Source: an uncultured Verrucomicrobiae bacterium
Lineage (GTDB): Bacteria > Verrucomicrobiota > Verrucomicrobiia > Palsa-1439
Direction of reading: 5' to 3'
Assembly: GCA_963817685.1 (NCBI GenBank)
Contig: CAWFPN010000010.1
Coordinates: 450,852-514,851, forward strand
Length of the DNA: 64,000 bases
Both the position numbers and the translations under genes were made by a program. Shown in pieces: positions 57,801 to 64,000 of the stretch. Within the stretch, counting starts at the first letter, position 1, and each line of letters opens with the position of its first letter. The notes below the pieces were generated by a model. That model was not told the origin of the DNA and ran no database searches. It saw nothing but the letters and a program-made list of their open reading frames with translations.

Positions 57801-60800
57801 ACTGTCGTACTGCATGGTGGTGATGCTGCCGGCGTTATCGGTGACCTGGATCAGCCGCCCGAGCAAATCATAGGCGTAAGAGGTGGTAAATCGGCCGCCA
57901 TCCGCGGTGGCCTGGACGATGTTGATCACGTGATTGTTGGAGTCCATATGGGAAATCCGCTGGTTGCTCATCGGATCGGTTGCGACGGTCGCCCACGGGT
58001 CCCCGGTCGCGGGGTCCACGTAGCTCACCGTGCTCGCGCCTGTAGGCGAGTTCGCGTCGCCTTTAGGCGGTGTCACGGAAGATACTCGGCCGACCGGATC
58101 GTATTGCGTTAACGTCCCGAGCGAATTCGTACAACTCGCCGAATAGGCCTGCCCGGAACAGAACAGGGGCAATGATTGGAATTGGACTTGTCCGCGCGCG
58201 TTGTATTCGGTGGTGGCCACGCGGTATAAACCGGGCACTTCGGATTTGACGCGGGTCTGGATGGCGCGGCCCAAGCCGTCGTAATAGGTGGTTGTTTGCA
58301 GGTTGGTGACGGTTAGCGAGTTGCCGTCATTGATGCTGACGGTGAGGCTGTTCGAGGATGTGCCATCCGAACCCATCCCGCCGGTCTGATAATCGTAATG
58401 TTGTTTCCAGACAAAATCGGTGGCGTTTGTATACAGGCGGGTCTCCTGAGGCCGGTAAAACACATCGTAGACCGTTTCCGATTTGAGGCCCTTGGGATCG
58501 GTGGCCGTCAGGGCCTGCCCGGTCCGCGGGTCGATGCTGACTGTATTGGTGAATATTGCGCCGACGACCTGCTGGGTCGGATACAACTCGTAGACGGAAT
58601 CGTAACTGGTGACCCGGGTGATGCCCGCCGGATCAGTCGCGCTGGTTGGGTTCCCGAAAAGGTCATAACCGTTAATGGAAGTGGTGGCGAATGTGCCGTC
58701 CCAATCGATGCCGCGTGATATATTGGTTAGTAGTGCGGAAGAATTATAATAAAAATAGGTGATTTGCAGCACGTGTGTACCCGGCGGCGGGTCCGAACTG
58801 GTCCAGATCTGCGAAGGGCGGCTGAGGACATTCGAGTACGCGCCGGAGAAACTGGCGTAACGGGTGTGCGTATAGATTTGATTGGAGGAGACGTAGCCGG
58901 TGATCGCCCCGGTGGGATTGGCGGTGACTTCGCCCAGATTGTAGGTGTCCAGCAAATTGCCCGTTTCCGTGTCGTAATTGTACTGGACCGCTGTTGTCCG
59001 GGCGGCGCCTGCAGTTGCCCCCACCGGATAGGTAAACTTCGTGGTTTGCTGGACAAACGGGAACGTGCACGTGGCCGTCGCGTTGGTGTGCGTGGGGAAC
59101 ACCTCCACGAGGTCGATCGTCTTGCTGTACAGGTTGCCGTCACTGCCATACACCTCGATCAGATACGGCGTGCCCTGTTTGCCGTCGTCATCGCTGAAGA
59201 GGCCGTCAGGCGTCATGGTGCCGGTGATCGTCGCTTGCCGGCCTTGATGGAAATACGTCACGGTTTTGGTCCCCAATGGATCAGTGACCTCTACTTGATT
59301 GAACCCGCGAAACTCCTGCTTATCCCAATCGTAATAGCCGCCCTTATAGTAGTAGCCGGTGGTATTGGTATTGCCCCGGCCGTCGCATGTGGTCATCGAC
59401 GAGACGGTATACGTCGGCATGGGCAGCAATGAGACGTCATTGGGCCCCGTGTTGGTGTACTGCGTGGAAGGCACATAGTTGATCTTGGTCCAACCGCCCA
59501 TGCCGTTATCGACCCGGTTCATCAGATCGGGAAACGGCCCGGCGTTGAGCTGCACGACAAGATTTGTGTAAGGACCGTTGCCGCGTTGGCTCATCACGCG
59601 ATCCGGCAAACCGTCGCCGTTGATATCGACGAGATCCGCCCAGATGTTTCCGACGCTTGTGCCTGCAACTCGTAGGCACGACCACCTGGAATCCAGGCTC
59701 CCCTGCGCATTGACATTGGACCAGGCAATCGGAGGGCCGAACCCCGTCCCCGTGTTCAATTGGACAGTGAAATAGTTTTCGCCATTGCGCGGAGCAAGCA
59801 CACGGTCGGGCAAACCATCGCCGTTGATGTCGATGAGTTCCACTAAAGTGCTGCCGTCGCTTGCATCTGTGGTGCTGATCACAGGGCCGTAGTCCTGGTT
59901 ACCCTGGACCCCTGTCAGAGTCCCGCCCCCCCAGTACCGTTCGGTTGGTTCGAACCCAATGCCGTTGTTTAGCTGCACGGCAATTCCGGCATAGGCGGAG
60001 TTGTCGGTCTTCACCATGAGCCGATCGGGCAGGCCGTCGCCGTTGATGTCCTGGAGGCGCATGGCGGTGCGGAGGAAAAACGGAGGCGATGATCCGGCCT
60101 GGGACGTTACTTGCACTCTATCATACTGCCTGGCCCAAGCATTGGTGTTGTTCAGTGGGCCCCATTGGACGAGGCTGTTGCTGAATCCAGTTCCCGTATT
60201 GAGTTGGACCAGATAGGTGGTAGCGTTGTTTGTGCCGAACCACATCACGCGGTCGGGGTACCCATCTCCATTGATGTCCAGCATCGTGAGCTTCAACCTC
60301 TGTTGGCCTTGGGAAAGCGCGCTCCATTCTTTAATCATGCTTCCCGTCCCATTCGTCGTCGAATACCACGGCTGCTCGGAATAGAATCCAGTGCCATTAT
60401 TCAACTGCACCATCAGGTTGGTATAAGCGGGAGGACCCGAGGACCAATTGGTGTGTCCAGCACCGTCAATTGTAAACTTGCAAATCTGGACATCGGCAGG
60501 TCGCATGACTCGGTCTGGCAATCCATCCCCATTCATATCCATCAATCCCAAATAGTTGTGGAACGGGCCGTTGTCGCTGCCTGATCCGCTCACGTATCCC
60601 CAATAGTCCGTCATGGCACCCAAATTTCCGTAGGAGAAGTGACACACATTGGTGCCATCTGATTGCGAGTGGCTGGCCGAGTCCCTTACCCCCGATGCCT
60701 GGAGAGGCCTCCACAGGATGTTGGTGGGGGCAAACCCTTGCCCGGTATTAAGCTGCACATAATACAGGTCCGACGGGGCAGCTGACTTTCGCATCACACG

Positions 60801-61970
60801 GTCGGGCAGGCCATCGCCGTTGATGTCGATTAATTGCGATTCGATCTGATTAATTCCACTCCCCAGGGAAGTCCACCTAACGTTGTTGTCGGATTGTCCC
60901 GGAGGGGGCACAAGCGGTCCCCATCCTTGAGGATCTTTGAACGCAAAGGCCATCTGCTGATATTGGAACTTCACCGGCGGAAGGATCGAGGTGGAGTTGG
61001 AACCCGATACATCGATCTCCGCCAGCAATGACCGGTAGGTCGAGGTCGAGTTGGTGTAAACCAGCGTGTACTGGCGCACAAAATTGGTGATGCCCGCCTG
61101 GGGCGTGAGGAACACGGTAATCTGATGGAGCCGTTGGGCTTGCGTGATGCAGACGCCGATCTTGCAGTTGATATTCGTGTCAGGCCGGGTTTCCAACGCA
61201 AAGCTCACATGGTGCGTTGCCGGGAAACCCTGGCCCGGATTTGCGTTGTAATCAATGGCAATGGGGTACAATTGCCCCATGTCGTTGGTGTAGCTGTAAA
61301 AGGCCGTGTTACCGTTAATGTCGACGATCTTGTCCACCGCCCAGCGATAGGTGCCAAACTGGTTGGAAATCTGCGAAGCAGGAGTGGACCCGAAATAGTA
61401 CGTCGTACCCGCCTTATCGACCGCGGTCCAGCCGCCACCGGAGGGGTCGTGGATATATTTGATAAAATTGCGTTCCACTTCAGAAGCGTAAGCACTGCCG
61501 CCGATGTTAAACAACCGCGTCTGAACTCCGCCGAAACTCGTCTCAAATGGGCAGGTAGGGCTATAGCTGGAATTCGGCATGCCATCCGAACCATGCCCGA
61601 TGGGCGTGCCGTCACGCAGATTGCGCTGGATGGAGGCGGTATCCAGCGTCCAGCCCACTCCACACCAGCCGTTAGCAGCCCCCGAGTTGTAGCCCAGGGC
61701 CAGGCTCGGCGTTACAGCGCCGCGACCTGGCGCCACTCGAATCGGCACGCTCATAGTGAAACGCCCCGTAAACAGATCAGTCTGAAAATCCCACTGGTCA
61801 CTCGGCGCTTGCGCCCCGCTGGCCGGCGTCGGCAGATTCACGCCGCTATCGTCATCGTCTCCTTGAGCCCAACTCGGGCGTGCAACCAGCAACCCCAGCA
61901 TCAGCACCGCGAAGAGCACCAGCCCGTGATGTACGGCGATCTTTGCGGCTCTGTTTAAATTTCGTCTCAT
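54891..61970 (-). CDS. TcB/TcC-like fusion toxin: SpvB N-domain + FG-GAP/VCBS repeats + RHS shell + C-terminal variable toxin
   Basis: 2359 aa with a signal peptide. SpvB-like ..[26 protein letters not shown].. is followed by at least 7 repeats of (I/M)D(I/M)NGDG(L/Y)PDRV. Many YD repeats follow. The RHS core ..[16 protein letters not shown]...[32 protein letters not shown]...[19 protein letters not shown] precedes a ~370-aa tip with hydrophobic helices. Confidence 0.9.
   Translation of the reverse strand: [2359 protein letters not shown]
56335..56405. repeat. REP/MITE-like palindromic element embedded in frame in the RHS gene
   Basis: ..tccctcgacaggctcgggatgacgaccgaagatcgcgctcggaagagcgctcc.. 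translates as ..[21 protein letters not shown]... This is the signature I associate with a widespread dispersed repeat, recognised from memory and not searched. Confidence 0.4.
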
Positions 61971-61988
61971 CTGATCTTCTCCTACAGT

Positions 61989-64000
61989 CTAAAAAACGCA
62001 GTGGATATGAGGAGTGAAAGGCGCACTGGCATTCGGTGGTATGTACAAAGTGCCGCTTGTCAGATTAGTGTCCACGAGGAATTGGGTTTCGCTGTCCTGG
62101 ACTACATTTGTGCTTTGCGCTATCCATGGAGCACTTGAGAAACTTGATGCGGCGGCGGCCTGGGATTCGCCGGTGACGTTGGGCGCTTGGAGTGTCATCT
62201 CGGTTTGCATGATCTGCTGTTGCGACGCCTGCTGGACCTGTTGGGTTTGGATGATTTGTTGGACCTGTTGCTGCATATAAAACAGATTGGAGACGGTGGT
62301 GGCAGAGAGGGATACGCGGTATAAGCGCACGTCATCCAGAACGCCGGAGAAGATCTGTTGCAGGCCGTTGGTGGCCAGGGCGCCGATGTAGCAGTCCCCG
62401 CCGTTGAGGGCCGGGCCGGGTTGTGGCAGGCCGTTGGTGGCGGCTGTTTGGGCGCCGTCCACGTAGAGTGTCATGTTCGAGCCGCTGGCGCTGTAGACGC
62501 CCAGCACGTGGTGCCATTCATTGGTGGGAATCGCGTTGGTGGACGTCAAGATCAGGGGCGCGGTCGGAGCGGACGACAGGAAAACCGTCAGCGTCGGGTA
62601 GCCATTGGTCAGGGCCAGGATTCCTCCCACTTGCGGTTGTCCGAGGTTTGTGGAGCCGAGGGAGAAGATGGTTTCGGTCCCTGCCAGGCCATTGCTGGCC
62701 AGATTGACCCAGGCGGCGATGGTGAATTCGTTGGCAACCATCGACAAGGGTGAGGTGGCCGGATTCGGCACGTCCACGGCGGTGCCGGTGCCGTCAAACA
62801 GCAGGCCGTTGGCGATGTATCCGGGAACGCGATTGGACTGGGTCATGCCAACCAGGGTGCCGTCGTCGCCCTGGCCGCTGGAGTCAAACGCGGTTGGCCC
62901 ATTGGTTTCGTCAAACGTCCACCAGCCGACCATTGGGCTTGACTGGGCCAGTTGGGCGGCCGTCTGGCCCGACAAAGCCGTGTTGTAGAGTCGTACTTCA
63001 TCTAGAACGCCCGAGAACACCGCCATCAAGCCATTGCTGGCATTGGTGGCCACGGCGCCGATGTAACTATCGCCGCCATCCAAAAGCGAGCCGGCCTGGC
63101 CCAGGCTGTCGTTGATCGCAGCCTGGGCGCCATCCACATAGAGCACCATGGTTTGCCGGCTGGCGCTGTACACACCAATGACATGATGCCACTCGTTCGT
63201 CGGCAGGGGGTTGGCAGCGGACAGGACAAAAGGAGTAGCCGAACCGGCCGCTAGGAATACCGATAAGACCGGGTATCCATTGGTCAGCGCCAGCACCAAG
63301 CCGGCTTCGGGTTCCACCCCATTGGAAACCGAACCCAGGGAGAAGATGGTGCCCGTGCTGTTCAAGCCGTTCGCGTTGAGATTGACCCACGCGGCGACGC
63401 TGATTTCGTTGGACGCCGATGACAAGGTGGGGAATTGGGACAGGGGAATTTCCACGGCCGTGTTGGTGCCGTTGAACAACAGTCCTTTCCGCACGTAACC
63501 GAGCACGCGATTGGACGGGCCCATGTTGAGCATGGTTCCGTTGGCGCCGAATGCGCTGGAATTGGTCGCCGTTAACCCATTGGTCTCGTCAAATCCCCAC
63601 CAGCCGATCAACTGAGGCAAGTACGGGGCATAGGGATTGGCCAGAAGGTTGTTGGCCTCGGCCACATCGGACACGCCGTAGCCATTGTTTTGCGCGTTAT
63701 AGATGCCCATGACCTCGCCGGGGGCCAGTGGTCGGTTGTAAATTTGCAGATCATCAATGGCCCCGTTGAACGGCAGTGAATTCGTATTCGCGCCAATGCC
63801 GACCATGATCGGAGCATTGACATAATCGATCGTCCCTGTCGCTGCCTGACTGGCCAACAGGCTGCCATCGACGTAGAGACTCAAGGCGGCGCCGTTAAAC
63901 GTTCCCGTGATCAAATGCCATAGGCTGTCATTCGTGATGGCGCCAGTCACCAAAACGTTCTGGTTGCTCACGAACGCCTTAAACTCCACCTCTCCCTGGC
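61989..64000 (-). CDS. LamG/Laminin_G_3 (concanavalin-A-like lectin) repeat protein, 5' end outside window
   Basis: The frame is still open at base 64000. At least three ~200-aa repeats carry ..NEWHHV(I/L)GVYSAS...(M/L)(V/T)LYVDGAQ..A...FSGVLD(E/D)VRLY... The tail is Gln-rich. The gene ends 19 nt before the RHS gene start. Confidence 0.8.
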   Translation of the reverse strand, partial: QGEVEFKAFVSNQNVLVTGAITNDSLWHLITGTFNGAALSLYVDGSLLASQAATGTIDYVNAPIMVGIGANTNSLPFNGAIDDLQIYNRPLAPGEVMGIYNAQNNGYGVSDVAEANNLLANPYAPYLPQLIGWWGFDETNGLTATNSSAFGANGTMLNMGPSNRVLGYVRKGLLFNGTNTAVEIPLSQFPTLSSASNEISVAAWVNLNANGLNSTGTIFSLGSVSNGVEPEAGLVLALTNGYPVLSVFLAAGSATPFVLSAANPLPTNEWHHVIGVYSASRQTMVLYVDGAQAAINDSLGQAGSLLDGGDSYIGAVATNASNGLMAVFSGVLDEVRLYNTALSGQTAAQLAQSSPMVGWWTFDETNGPTAFDSSGQGDDGTLVGMTQSNRVPGYIANGLLFDGTGTAVDVPNPATSPLSMVANEFTIAAWVNLASNGLAGTETIFSLGSTNLGQPQVGGILALTNGYPTLTVFLSSAPTAPLILTSTNAIPTNEWHHVLGVYSASGSNMTLYVDGAQTAATNGLPQPGPALNGGDCYIGALATNGLQQIFSGVLDDVRLYRVSLSATTVSNLFYMQQQVQQIIQTQQVQQASQQQIMQTEMTLQAPNVTGESQAAAASSFSSAPWIAQSTNVVQDSETQFLVDTNLTSGTLYIPPNASAPFTPHIHCVF

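Overview
High-GC bacterial chromosome segment. The giant secreted proteins with autotransporter-associated beta-strand repeats, Cys-rich Ig modules and RHS toxins suggest a PVC/Verrucomicrobia-like organism; this is an inference only. Four blocks are visible. (1) 1-13.5 kb holds a porin-like OMP, a 2801-aa secreted protein (Ig modules, beta-propeller, GH15), a small secreted protein, an orphan NarL-type response regulator, a LacI regulator, and a structured 590-bp spacer with the 3' half of a tRNA-Cys. (2) 13.5-21.9 kb holds a 1108-aa adhesin-like protein and a 1665-aa RHS toxin with an N-terminal C39-like peptidase domain. (3) About 22.1-53.6 kb is an integrative conjugative element (ICE). 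It carries a tyrosine integrase, an excisionase, a methylase/SNF2 helicase, VirB2-B10-like T4SS genes, a VirD4 coupling protein, ParA, and a MOBF relaxase-helicase. It also has an A/T-richer cargo module with an APC permease. (4) 53.9-64 kb holds a LamG-repeat protein (partial), a 2359-aa TcB/TcC-like SpvB-FG-GAP-RHS toxin, and a candidate immunity lipoprotein. The main second-look items follow. An 18-bp palindrome (TGTTCCC-N4-GGGAACA) sits in the three inter-operon control regions of the ICE. At least eight ICE genes look frameshifted while the long chromosomal ORFs are intact. An uncharacterised ~200-230-aa domain occurs three times in two giant proteins, once nested inside an Ig domain. A three-copy structured repeat brackets the ICE cargo. 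A REP-like sequence is inserted in frame in the RHS core. No rRNA, CRISPR array or intact tRNA was seen. All calls come from reading the sequence and ORF translations; no database search was run.
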